A program made the position numbers and the translations under genes. This document shows, piece after piece, positions 53,284 to 64,000 of a stretch of 64,000 nucleotides of DNA. The notes under the pieces were generated by a model. It ran no database searches, had not been told where the DNA came from, and saw only the letters and a program-made list of their open reading frames with translations. The DNA is from Felis catus (taxonomy: Eukaryota): contig NC_058382.1 in assembly GCF_018350175.1 (NCBI RefSeq), positions 57,166,001 through 57,230,000 of the forward strand, written 5' to 3'. The number at the start of each line of letters is the position of its first letter. Position 1 is the first letter of the stretch.

Positions 53284-53803
53284 TGTTTTCTAACCTTAAA
53301 TTTGGCTCATAAAACTGAAACATGGAACAAAACAAAACCCACAGTTAGCACTCGCTTTCAGGCTTAGCCGGGTCCCCACGCTCATGGTACGGCTTCCCTT
53401 GGCTGTCTTCCCCTGCTTGGCCCTGCTTCTGGCTCATTTCGGGAAGGCCCCCCCCATCACCTCCACTCACTCCCGGCCATGAAGGGAAGGTGGTTGCTAC
53501 AGGGCTCGGCCCCACCTTACCCGGACTGGCCGTCCCAGCGAACAGACCACCTCTCTCCAGTGGAGCCAGCAAAACCCCCCAGCTATCACAGTTGGCCTCG
53601 CTTGGCTGAGTGTGACTGGCCCCCAGTGAACTGCTAAGACTCTGTTTGGCCCCCCAGGAAGCCATGGGGCGGCCCCAGGAGAGGAATGCCCCTCAAGGAA
53701 GGTGGCCGTGGTGTTCCCAGCGGAAGGAGGTGTGGATGCTTGGCAGGGAGGCATACACAAGGGTGACCCCGAGCTCCTCTGACGCCCCCTTCCTTCTCAC
53801 CAG

Positions 53804-54433
<630 letters not shown>

Positions 54434-55378
54434 TAGCTTGAATGCCCAGCCTCCGGGCCATTTCACCCGCAAACGTTTCAGCGTGGGCCACTGGCAGACG
54501 AGGACTTCCTTTCTTGACTGCTCACAGTTACCCCCCACTGGCCCCTCTCACTCCTCCGCCAGAGAAGCCGGCCCCCCCCTTTCAGGACTTTGCCACATTC
54601 CGGATTTGGTTGATTGCACCCCCGTGGTGTCGTTTAGCATGTTCTGCTGGACCCGTGTTTCTTGTGAAATGCTGATGGGGCCGGAGGCGCTGTCCAGTGC
54701 TGCTCCAGGCTGCGGCACGTCGCGGGGCCTGTCATGTCTGGTTGTCTCTCTTGCGTGGAACTTGAAGACAGCCTGGTGGCCCCCCCCCCCCCGCGTGTCG
54801 TCAGCCTGCTGCAGCCAGTTGAGGCCCCCCACCCCCACCCCCGGCTGTGTAGCAGCCACTGGCGAACGCGGACACCGCCTCGGTGAGCCATTCCTTCAGG
54901 AGCCACGCGGTGGCCATTGTCCAGACCCCATGTGCCTGCCACGTTAGCTGGCGTACTTCTGCAACCGGGAACCCCCTCATGTAGTGGCTCCCCCATGCGT
55001 AGTTCGCACAGAAAAGGCCGGGATGAAGGTCTGGTTCGTTCTTTTTATTCATCGATTTTTGGTAGAGGGGGTCAAGAACCCAGCGACCACTAATGGTGAC
55101 AATGAACGGCTTTTCTTTCCTGGTGTCATCATAAACTCGGGTTTATGTCTACAGTGTCTGATACGATTTAACCCTTGCTGTCACGTGTACCGAGGAAAGG
55201 AAAGTATGACAAGGAAATTTACAAGGAGAGCATTACAAGGGGCACCCAAAACCCCTGAGTTCACTGTTCACCGCTTAGGGCATGGATGTGTAAAGGCAAA
55301 CCTGGGTCGCTTTAACGCATGGTAAGCAAATCACAGTTCAGGAACAATCTGAGCAGCTGGTCAAGAAGGGCTAGTTTA

Positions 55379-55600
55379 GGGGCGCCTGGGTGGCGCAGTC
55401 GGTTAAGCGTCCGACTTCAGCCAGGTCACGATCTCGCGGTCCGTGAGTTCGAGCCCCGCGTCGGGCTCTGGGCTGATGGCTCGGAGCCTGGAGCCTGTTT
55501 CCGATTCTGTGTCTCCCTCTCTCTCTGCCCCTCCCCTGTTCATGCTCTGTCTCTCTCTGTCCCCCAAAAAATAAATAAATAAACGTTGAAAAAAAAAAAT
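55379..55600 (+). mobile_element. Young CAN-SINE with TSD gaagggctagtttag
   Basis: Direct repeats at 55365-55379 and 55601-55615. Confidence 0.93.
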
Positions 55601-55659
55601 GAAGGGCTAGTTTAGAACTGCCAGCACACGGCGATAATATGAAGCTGTCATATAATACT

Positions 55660-56058
55660 TGTTTTTTCTCGTTGCTTAACTGCCGTAACAAAGTACCACA
55701 GACTGGGCGGCTTAAGTGACAGAAATGCATTTTCTCATGATTCTGGGGGGTAGAAGGTCCAGGGTCAAGGTGTCGTTGGGGCTGGTTTCTCCTGAGGCCT
55801 CTCTCCGTGGCCTGTAGACAGACGGCTCACTGCGTCGTCACAAGGTCCTTCCCTCCGTGAGTGTCCGAATCCCCTCTTATCCCCGAGTCCCCGACACCTG
55901 TCAGACCGGACAAGGGCCCACCCCAATGACCTCATGTAATCTGAATCACCTCTTTAAAGGCCCTATCTCCAAATTTGGCCACATTCTGAGGATGCTGGGG
56001 TTAGAAATTGAACGCATGAATTTGGGGAAGGGGGGGGACACAGCTCAGTCCGTGACAA
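55660..56058 (-). mobile_element. MLT1 (ERVL-MaLR) solo LTR
   Basis: ctgccgtaacaaagtaccacagactgggcggctta...tttctcctgaggcctctct...atgacctcat...aaaggccctatctccaaat. Confidence 0.85.
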
Positions 56059-56321
56059 AAGCAGTCTGCTTTACATGACGTTGTGATCGCTTTCAAATCC
56101 TCCGCACGCAATGCAGCCCCTGAGTGCCTGCCCCTGGGTGTATTGTCCCCACCCCCACCCCAGCCCTGCAGCGCTGGCCCCTGAAGGCACCATGAGAATG
56201 GAGAAGGCGGTATGAGAATGATGTTTGGGGAATGCTACGTTAAATAGCGTATGGTCTATTTATTTTCACCAATAACACAAACCACTTTAGATCAGAAAAC
56301 TCACGCCTTCAGGCAAACTAG

Positions 56322-56537
56322 TTTTTTTTTTTTTCAACGTTTGTTTATTTTTCGGACAGAGAGAGACAGAGCATGAACGGGGGAGGGGCAGAGAGCGAGG
56401 GAGACACAGAATCGGAAACAGGCTCCAGGCTCTGAGCCATCAGCCCAGAGCCCGACGTGGGGCTCGAACTCACGGACCGCGAGATCTTGACCTGGCTGAA
56501 GTCGGACGCTCAACCGACTGCGCCACTCAGGCGCCCC
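56322..56537 (-). mobile_element. Young CAN-SINE with TSD caggcaaactagtttt
   Basis: Direct repeats near 56310-56325 and 56538-56553. Confidence 0.93.
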
Positions 56538-56979
56538 CAGGCAAACTAGTTTTAAATGGCGCTCCCGGATATCACCTTGGCTGCTCACTTCTCTGAGTTT
56601 CGCAGGCCGGGAAGGAGGAGACGGTGTGTAAAGACGGGGGGAGGCCACGCTGCTCCAACGACATCCAGCACCTTCCATCCTTTCCCTAAGTCAGTGCTTC
56701 CTGTCCGCCTGGCTGCGGTGTACGCTTTCTTAAAACGGGTGCTGGCTGGGGAAGAGGGAAAACGATCAATTAGACCGAGGTTAATGTCAGCAAAAGGGCT
56801 TCGCTGAGCAAAACAAGGCCCTCGCTGACGCGGAGAGGCCTCCGGATGTGCTTTCCGAGGCTGTTCTGGAAGGACGGTGAGATTCCAGATCTGGAGTTCA
56901 AGCGCAAGAAAGCGCTGCTCTATAATCATCAGCTCTGGGGACCGAAAAGTGAGGAGACCCCCTCCGGCTTCCCTGATAA

Positions 56980-57219
<240 letters not shown>

Positions 57220-57449
57220 TAAGGAGGGGGGGGGGGGAGCCTTTGGCTCACATTTTAATACAAAACTGTTGTGCACACTTCACAGTAAACTCGTACAGAT
57301 TTCTGACTTGGGAGCATTTCCGCACACCGTTACACATTCTTAGGAAACAAGTTTGATGGCTGCGTAACTGTTTATAATGAGAAATTCCCTGTTTTCGAGC
57401 ACTTATTCATAGATTGGCTTTTTCGTAATCCCCTGATGAGTATCCTTGC

Positions 57450-57661
57450 ATTTTTCAACGTTTTTAATTTATTTTGGGACAGAGAGAGACAGAGCATGAA
57501 CGGGGGAGGGGCAGAGAGAGAGGGAGACACAGAATCCGAAACAGGCTCCAGGCTCCGAGCCATCAGCCCAGAGCCCGACGCGGGGCTCGAACTCACGAAC
57601 CGCGAGATCGTGACCTGAGCTGAAGTCGGACGCTTAACTGACTGCGCCACCCAGGCGCCCC
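57450..57661 (-). mobile_element. Young CAN-SINE
   Basis: Reverse SINEC_Fc-like copy ending gccacccaggcgcccc. Confidence 0.92.
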
Positions 57662-58714
57662 TGGTTTGAGCCTTTTCAAAGGCGCTTGTGAGTATTTTCT
57701 AATTGTTTTTTAGCAAGTTTGCAAAGTTCATAACTTCAGCAGGCATAGCCGCGTGAAAGAAATCTTTGCCGGGTTAACGGGAGAGCGAAGACTGTATCTC
57801 ATTTTATTTGGGGGTAACTGATGGGGTGGGGCGTCAGGCAGGGGCATCGTCTCCGCCCATCGCTTTCTCCCATGCTCCTTTTGGAGGCCCTTTCCTTCCT
57901 GGTTCCTAAGAGCTCTTCCTTTTATTAAGAATATTGAACCCAGGACTCCCGTATGTGTTGTCACTACCTTCATCTGTGTTTTTAATTTAAGTCCCTTTTG
58001 ATTCTCAGAGTAAGCCCCCGGTAGTACGGGCTGCCGGTAATATGTTCTTGAACTCGCAAACTTAAATCCAACCAACAAATATTTCTGATAGAAGTGAGAG
58101 CCTCCTCTCCAACCAGGCGAGAAAACAAAACCGCCTGCTTCTGGGCAGTCTGAGTTCTGTCCGCTCGGAGGGGCTCGCTAATGTCCCCGGCCTCACATTC
58201 CTCTCCTGGAAGGTGGCGACAATGTGACCGCAGCGTCCTTGTTCCACGTGGGGTTTGAGCAGAGCTGGGCTCAGAGGAGAGAGCGGGAGCCCCACCCGGG
58301 GCGGGGCTGACCCCGCAGGGAAGGGTGAACAGGGGTGGGAGCCGGACCCCTGGCGGTGAGACCCCACGCTCTGGCTCAGGGCCCCGAGTCCCCTGGGTCT
58401 TAGTTCTAACCGCGCCCACCCCTGGCTGATGGAGCGAGCCACCGGCTGTTCTCCGTGCCCCGGAAGCACTTCACTGGTGTTGCAGGTGTCTACTCACGCG
58501 TCACCTCGTTAAGCCCTCCTGACCCCACCCCTCATCTCGGAAGCACCTTTTCCACCTGGGGTCTCTTTAACCGGATTTCTTTTCTGTGGACACATCAGCC
58601 TCTGGCATACTTGTTTCCTTCTTTAGGGTCTGTCTTTCCCCATAAAAGGGCAGTTCTAACAGAGCGAGTATCGTCACCTCTTGGGTCACCTGCTGCCGTA
58701 TCCCCAGCCCCTAG

Positions 58715-60290
58715 AACAATTCACCCATTCAAGGTGTACAAGTCAGTGCTTTCTAGTGTATTCAGGGTTGTGCGCCCACCCCCACACCCATTCTAGAATA
58801 TTTTTGTCGCCCCAGGAAAGTAACCCTTACTCATTAGCTGATATCCCTCATTCTCTATCTCTGTGGGTTCTTTCTTTTCTGGATGTTTCATATAAATGGC
58901 ATCACACCACGTGTGGTCTTTCGTGATCGGCTGAGCAAAACCGTTTCAAGGCTCGTCCACACAGCAGTATGTATCAGTAATCCGTTCCAAAACAACGTCA
59001 CAAAATAATATTCCATTTGGAAATGCCCCATTGTATTTATCCATCCGTTGATGGACTTTTGGGTTGTTTCCACTTTGGGGCTATCGTGAAGGGTGCTGCT
59101 ACCAATGTTCGTGTGTGGGTGTTTGTGTGGACATCTCTTTTTATCTCAGTTGAAGGGATACTTAGGAGCATCACCCTGGCTTGTATGGGAAGAGTATGTT
59201 TTTTTTTTTAATTTTTTTTAACATTTATTCATCTTTGAGGGACAAAGAGCACAAGCAGGGGAGGGGCAGAGAGAGAGAGAGAGAGGGAGACACAGAATCC
59301 AAAGCAGGCTCCAGGCTCCGAGCCGTCAGCACAGAGCCCGACGCGGAGCTCGAACCCACAAACTGTGAGATCATGACCTGAGCTGAAGTCAGATGCTTAA
59401 TGGACTGAGCCCCCCCAGGCATCCCTGGGAAGATTACGTTTAGCCTTGAGGTTGCCTGGCTCCCTTCCAGAGCAGGAGCACCGCGACGAGCGACTCCCTG
59501 CTTGGCGTCCTCGCCAGCATCTGGTGTCAGCGTTTGGGAGTTTCAGTCCTTCCAGTCGGTGTGATGTGGGATCTCATCGATGTAATTTGCAATTCCCTAA
59601 TGTCATAGGATGCTGAGCTTTTTTGCCATCTGCCTATCTTCTTCGGTGACGTGTCTAGGTCATTTGCCTGTTTTATTTTTGTGTGTTTTTTTTTATTTTT
59701 TTTAATGTTTTTATTTATTTTTGAGACAGAGAGAGACAGAGCATGAGCAGGGGAGGGGAAGAGAGAGAGGGAGACACAGAATCCGAAGCAGGCTCCAGGC
59801 TCTGAGCTGTTAGCACAGAGCCCGACACGGGGCTCGAACACACAGACTGTGAGATCACGACCTGAGCCGAAGTCGGACGCTCAACCGATTGAGCCACCCA
59901 GGCGCCCCTGTGTGGTTTGTTTTTTTTTTTTTGAGTTGTCATAGTTGTTTGTTCGAGACAGAAGCCACCTCCCAGTTATCTTTCTTGTAAATATTTTCTC
60001 CCCATCTGTGGCTTCTGATTTCATTAACAAAATACCTTTTTCTATTTTTAAATTATGTTGTCTGTGTCGAGTTGTAGAAGTTCTTTATGTATTCTATTTA
60101 AACATCCTTCAGCAGGCCTATGATTTGCAAATACTCTCCCACATTCTGTGGGTTGTCTTTTTACTTCATTTATGGTATTCTTTGTGTTACAAACATTTCT
60201 AATATCGATGGAGTCCGAGTTCTCTGTTTTTCTTTTGTTGCTGCTGCTTTTGGCATCACATCGGGAGGGTTTTGCAAACCATCAAAGGCA
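58715..60290 (-). mobile_element. L1MB-like fragments interrupted by two CAN-SINEs (about 59200-59425 and 59685-59908)
   Basis: acaattcacccatt...gggttgtttccactttggggctat...taatttgcaattccctaatg...atgatttgcaaatactctcccacattctgtgggttgtcttttta. Confidence 0.78.
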
Positions 60291-60464
60291 TAGGTGTGCG
60301 CGTGTTATCTGGAATCCTTGTGGCCACATGTCCCATGTGCCTTCAGTTTGATTTGAGGGAAATGAGCAAGTTTGGTCGGACAGTGTATGTTTTGAATTGA
60401 CTTTTAACCTGTGAAAATTCAAACCTTCCCAGTTTCTGGTGTTTTTGTTTGTCCTCATCGACAG

Positions 60465-60631
60465 AGCTTGTGCCGAGGCCTGGGCCAGGGGCGGGCTCGC
60501 AGCTGAGAAAGAAGAGAGAGAGCAGTGGGAGAGCAGAGAGCGGAAGAAGATCACGGACAGCATTGAAGCCCTAGCGATGATTAAGCGGCGGGCAGAGGAG
60601 AGAAAACTTCAGAAAGCCAGCCAGGAGGAAG
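60465..60631 (+). CDS. DNAAF1: DNAAF1 exon 7 (167 bp), coiled coil; gene continues beyond window
   Basis: [55 protein letters not shown](G); gacag| acceptor, AAG|gtacgc donor. Confidence 0.95.
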
Positions 60632-60660
60632 GTACGCTCGGGGCTCCGTTTAGACTAGAA

Positions 60661-60862
60661 ATCTGGGCTGGCGAACTTGGTCTTTCAACTCTGGGATTTT
60701 TTTTTTAATGTTTATTTATTGAGAGAGAGAGAGACCTGGGCTGGCAAACCTGGTCTTTTAACTCTGTTTTTTTTTTTTTTTAATGTTTATTTATTGAGAG
60801 AGAGAGAGATCTGGGCTGGCGAACTTGGTCTTTCAACTCTGGGATTTTTTTTATGTTTATTT

Positions 60863-60908
<46 letters not shown>

Positions 60909-61050
60909 CTGGGCTGGCGAACTTGGTCTTTCAACTCTGGGTTTTTTTTTTTAAATGTTTATTTATTGAGAGAGAGAGAGATCTGGGCTGGCGAACTTGG
61001 TCTTTCAAGTCTGTGATTTTTTTTTAATGTTTATTTATTGAGAGAGAGAG
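60661..61050. repeat. Minisatellite: 5 tandem units of about 70-100 bp (unique flank + SINE tail + (GA)n)
   Basis: Unit atctgggctggcgaacttggtctttcaactctggga(t)n aatgtttatttatt(ga)n starts near 60661, 60734, 60809, 60907 and 60981. Confidence 0.93.
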
Positions 61051-61220
61051 TGTGTGTGAGAAGGGTGAGGGGCAGAGAGAGGGAGACAGAGAATCCCAAG
61101 CAGGCTCCATGCTGTCAGTGCAGAGCCCATTGTAGGGCTTGAACTCATCAACTGTGAGATGGTGACGTGAGCTGAAATCAAGAGCCAAATGCTTAATTGA
61201 CTGAGCCCCCCAGGCGCCCC
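61016..61220 (-). mobile_element. CAN-SINE continuing from the last minisatellite unit
   Basis: Reverse SINE ending gagccccccaggcgcccc. Confidence 0.9.
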
Positions 61221-61361
61221 CGGGATTGATTTATTTTTGACCATTCATTCACACCTCTCTGGTCCATGTGCATGTGGCCTCACCCACCTGCCCCCAGCTC
61301 TTCCCAGTGGTGAAAGCACAGTTGTGTTAAAATAGCCTAGTTTTCCAAAATAAATGATGCA

Positions 61362-61757
61362 TTGGTTTTCTATGACTGCCATAACAAATAACCATAAATG
61401 TAGGGGCTGAAAACCACACACTTATGATCACAGTTTTGTACGTCAGAAGTCTGACACGGTCTCATGGGACTAAAATCAAGATGTGGGCCGGGCTGCGGGC
61501 TTTCTGGAGGCTCCCAAGGAGAATCTATTCTTTTGTCTTTTCCGGCTTCTAGAGGTACCCACATCCCTTGGCCTGCGGCCCCTCCTCCATCTTCCTCTGC
61601 GAGACCTTCAACTCTCTCTCCAGCTCTGACTTCCCTGTCCCCCCTCTCTTAGGGATCCATGTGGTGATATCGAGCCCACCTGGATCATCTAGGATCATCG
61701 CCCCATTGTCATTGATCTCCTCGGCAGAGTCCCTTTTACCACACGAGGTCACATACT
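61362..61757 (-). mobile_element. MLT1 (ERVL-MaLR) solo LTR
   Basis: ctgccataacaaataaccataaa...tttctggaggctc...ggagaatct...gcagagtccctttt...gttctaggattaggatgtggac...ctaccaca. Confidence 0.85.
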
Positions 61758-62519
61758 CACACGTTCTAGGATTAGGATGTGGACGCCTTTGTGGGGCCAT
61801 TACTCCATCTACCACAAATGAACACCGAATTCATATCAAAGCAACATGGAGTTGTATGGATTTCACGCACCCCACGTGTAGGGCCGCTGACAGCAGTAAC
61901 ATCAGCCGGCATCTGTACGCCGGGCTTAGTCAGTGCCTTTATCCCGTACCTCAGTCAGACAGATACTAAGGTTGTCAATTACTACTCTATTGCCCCTTGA
62001 AATCCACCATTTCACTGCACACAGATCGTCCTCTGCCCATCTGTGGGGAGGGGGCGTCAATAGGTGTCTGCACACCAACGCCAGGCACGGGCACACGTGC
62101 TTACACGGTGCGCACGCAGACATGGTCACAGATCCCAGCAGGGACAGCGCGCGGTCCCGCCCCTCCGCGCAGCCTGCAGCGGCCCTGGCGAGGTGAAGAG
62201 GGGTGCCGGGCACCTCTGTTTAGACTTAAGTTGTAAATTAGGAAACCCTACAAGGTTAGCTAGGTTGGGTGACATCCTGGCAAAAGGGCCTTGAAGACCA
62301 GCCTGGACGTGGCAGGGGACAGGAGGTGGTGGGCTAGGCAGCAGACAGCTGTCATGGAAGCGATGCTAGGGTCATGAGCTTGGTGGCTCCGGGGGGGGGG
62401 GGGGGGGGCAGGGGGCATGGCAAAAGGTCCAGGCAGGGAGGTGCAGCCCCGGGCGGGAGACAGGCCTTCTGTGCAAACCACCGTGGAAAAATACGGAGGC
62501 CCTTGACCGTTTTTGTTTT

Positions 62520-62830
62520 TTTTTTTTTTTAATGGAGATGAAATTCACATAACGTAAAATGAATCATTCTGAGGTGGAATTTAGCACAATCACAGCGTTG
62601 TGCAACCCGCATCTGCGTCTAGTTTCAGAACATCGTCATCACCCCGGAACCAGAGCCTGTACCCGTGAGCCGGGACTCCCCTCTCCGTCCTCCCCCAGCC
62701 CCCGACAACCGCCCATGTTTCTGGATGCTTCATATATGTGGAAGTCTCTGCAAGATGCGACCTGTTGCCTCTGGCTTCTGTCGCCGGGCATGATGTTTCC
62801 GCGGTTCCTCCCGGTGGGAGGGAGCACAAT
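62520..62830 (-). mobile_element. L1MB-like 3' fragment
   Basis: gagatgaaattcacataac...tttagcacaatcacagcgttgtgcaac...tttcagaacat...tggcttct. Confidence 0.65.
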
Positions 62831-63436
62831 CCGTACCGTATTCCTTCTCATGTCCCACCTTGACAACACAGTTCTGGGAGCCGGGAATGAAGCACGTTTT
62901 CTCTGTGCACAGATCGTGTTCCCTCTGGTTCGCTCGGACCAGAGCTGACAGTCTCGGTGCCTGTATGAAACTTGTTCAGCCCTCGAAAGCTACTCGAAAG
63001 CTACTACTCCTGGCCTGTCAGGACCAGAGCAGGCCTGGGAAAGGTTCTTGGCCCCAAAGACCCTGTGGCCTATTCTAGGATCTCAGAATCTGTCTCCTCG
63101 CCTTGACCTCTCTCACCCGATTTCGAGATTCTGTCCACTCCCAGGTGGATGTAAACGACCCCCTCGCTGCCTCCCTAATGTACTGGCCCAAATCCGGGAC
63201 TCAGAGTCGCCTGCCCACACCTGATGCCCCCGCCAGGATTTGGTCCTGGGTCTGTGCTGGCCCAAGCCCGACACTAGCCTGCAGGATCCTAGGGACAGTC
63301 ATCAAGGCACCTTCATAAATAAAAACCCCCTTCCTCATCTTGTGCCCAGCAGAGGGGCTGGAGTCCCCACGGGGGGTTTTAAATGACATTTGCTGTGTTT
63401 TACCCAATTACCACCACACGTGGAAAACAGAAAAGT

Positions 63437-63658
63437 GGGGCCCGTGGGTGGCTCGGTCGGTTGAGCATCTGCCTCTTGATCTCGGCCCAGGTCACGATCT
63501 CACAGTTGGTGGGATGGAAGCCCGGGTCAAGCTCTGTCTGCCAGTGCGGAGCCTGCTTGGGATGCTCTCTCCCTCTGTGCCCCTCCCCAACTTGCGTACA
63601 CACACACTCTCTCTCTCTCTCTCTCTCAAAATAAATAAGCTTAAAAAAAAAAAAAAAG
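63437..63658 (+). mobile_element. CAN-SINE with TSD gaaaacagaaaag
   Basis: SINE head, (CA)/(CT) tract, poly-A tail, direct repeats on both sides. Confidence 0.9.
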
Positions 63659-64000
63659 AAAACAGAAAAGCAGCGCTCATAACAAGTGCGGGAAGAACCA
63701 CCCAGTATTCCGTAGAAGGACCTCGTGGCTCTGCCCCATGCATGGAACCCGTGTGGGCTCCTATAGAACAACGGCACGATTCTATTGCTTTCTGCCTCTT
63801 GTGGGAAATTAGCATAATATGTGTTCCACGAGGTAGGCATCCTCCTATAGTATTTTGTCCTTTTCCAAACTTTTTATTTGGGTAGTTCTCAAATTTTCAG
63901 GAAAGCTTAAAGAATAGGGAAACAAACAGCTGTGTCCGTTTAGACCGGATGGTGTCCGACGTTCACACACGCACACGCCCACGCAGAGAGAGTCCTGTTG

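Noticed and set aside
60661..61050. Regularly spaced repeats superficially like a CRISPR array
   Set aside because: The intervening parts are themselves repeated SINE tail sequence, not unique spacers; mammalian intron; no cas genes.

Overview
Mammalian genomic DNA. The dense tRNA-derived CAN-SINEs (SINEC_Fc-like) point to a carnivore, most likely a felid. The window holds the conserved MBTPS1-HSDL1-DNAAF1 block. MBTPS1 (site-1 protease, minus strand) runs from non-coding exon 1 at a CpG island near 24.3 kb through coding exons 2-9 and continues past base 1. HSDL1 (minus strand) is complete, with four coding exons giving 330 aa. DNAAF1/LRRC50 (plus strand) has exons 1-7 here and continues past 64 kb; it shares a head-to-head CpG-island promoter with HSDL1. 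I read all coding exon boundaries by hand from GT/AG sites and phase. Introns hold more than 30 SINEs, old L1 fragments, MLT1 LTRs, MER20, MER44, MIRs and microsatellites; repeat boundaries and subfamilies are approximate. I found no new gene family or novel biological system. The best oddities are local: (1) the expected MBTPS1 exon-4 acceptor reads CG instead of AG, with an in-frame AG 12 nt downstream; (2) a SINE target-site duplication copies the DNAAF1 exon-3 donor; (3) a minisatellite arose at a SINE/flank junction just after DNAAF1 exon 7; (4) a spacerless inverted SINE pair has a near-perfect central palindrome; (5) the MBTPS1 5' UTR is packed with uORFs. Orthologue comparisons rely on my recall of the human proteins, not on a database search.
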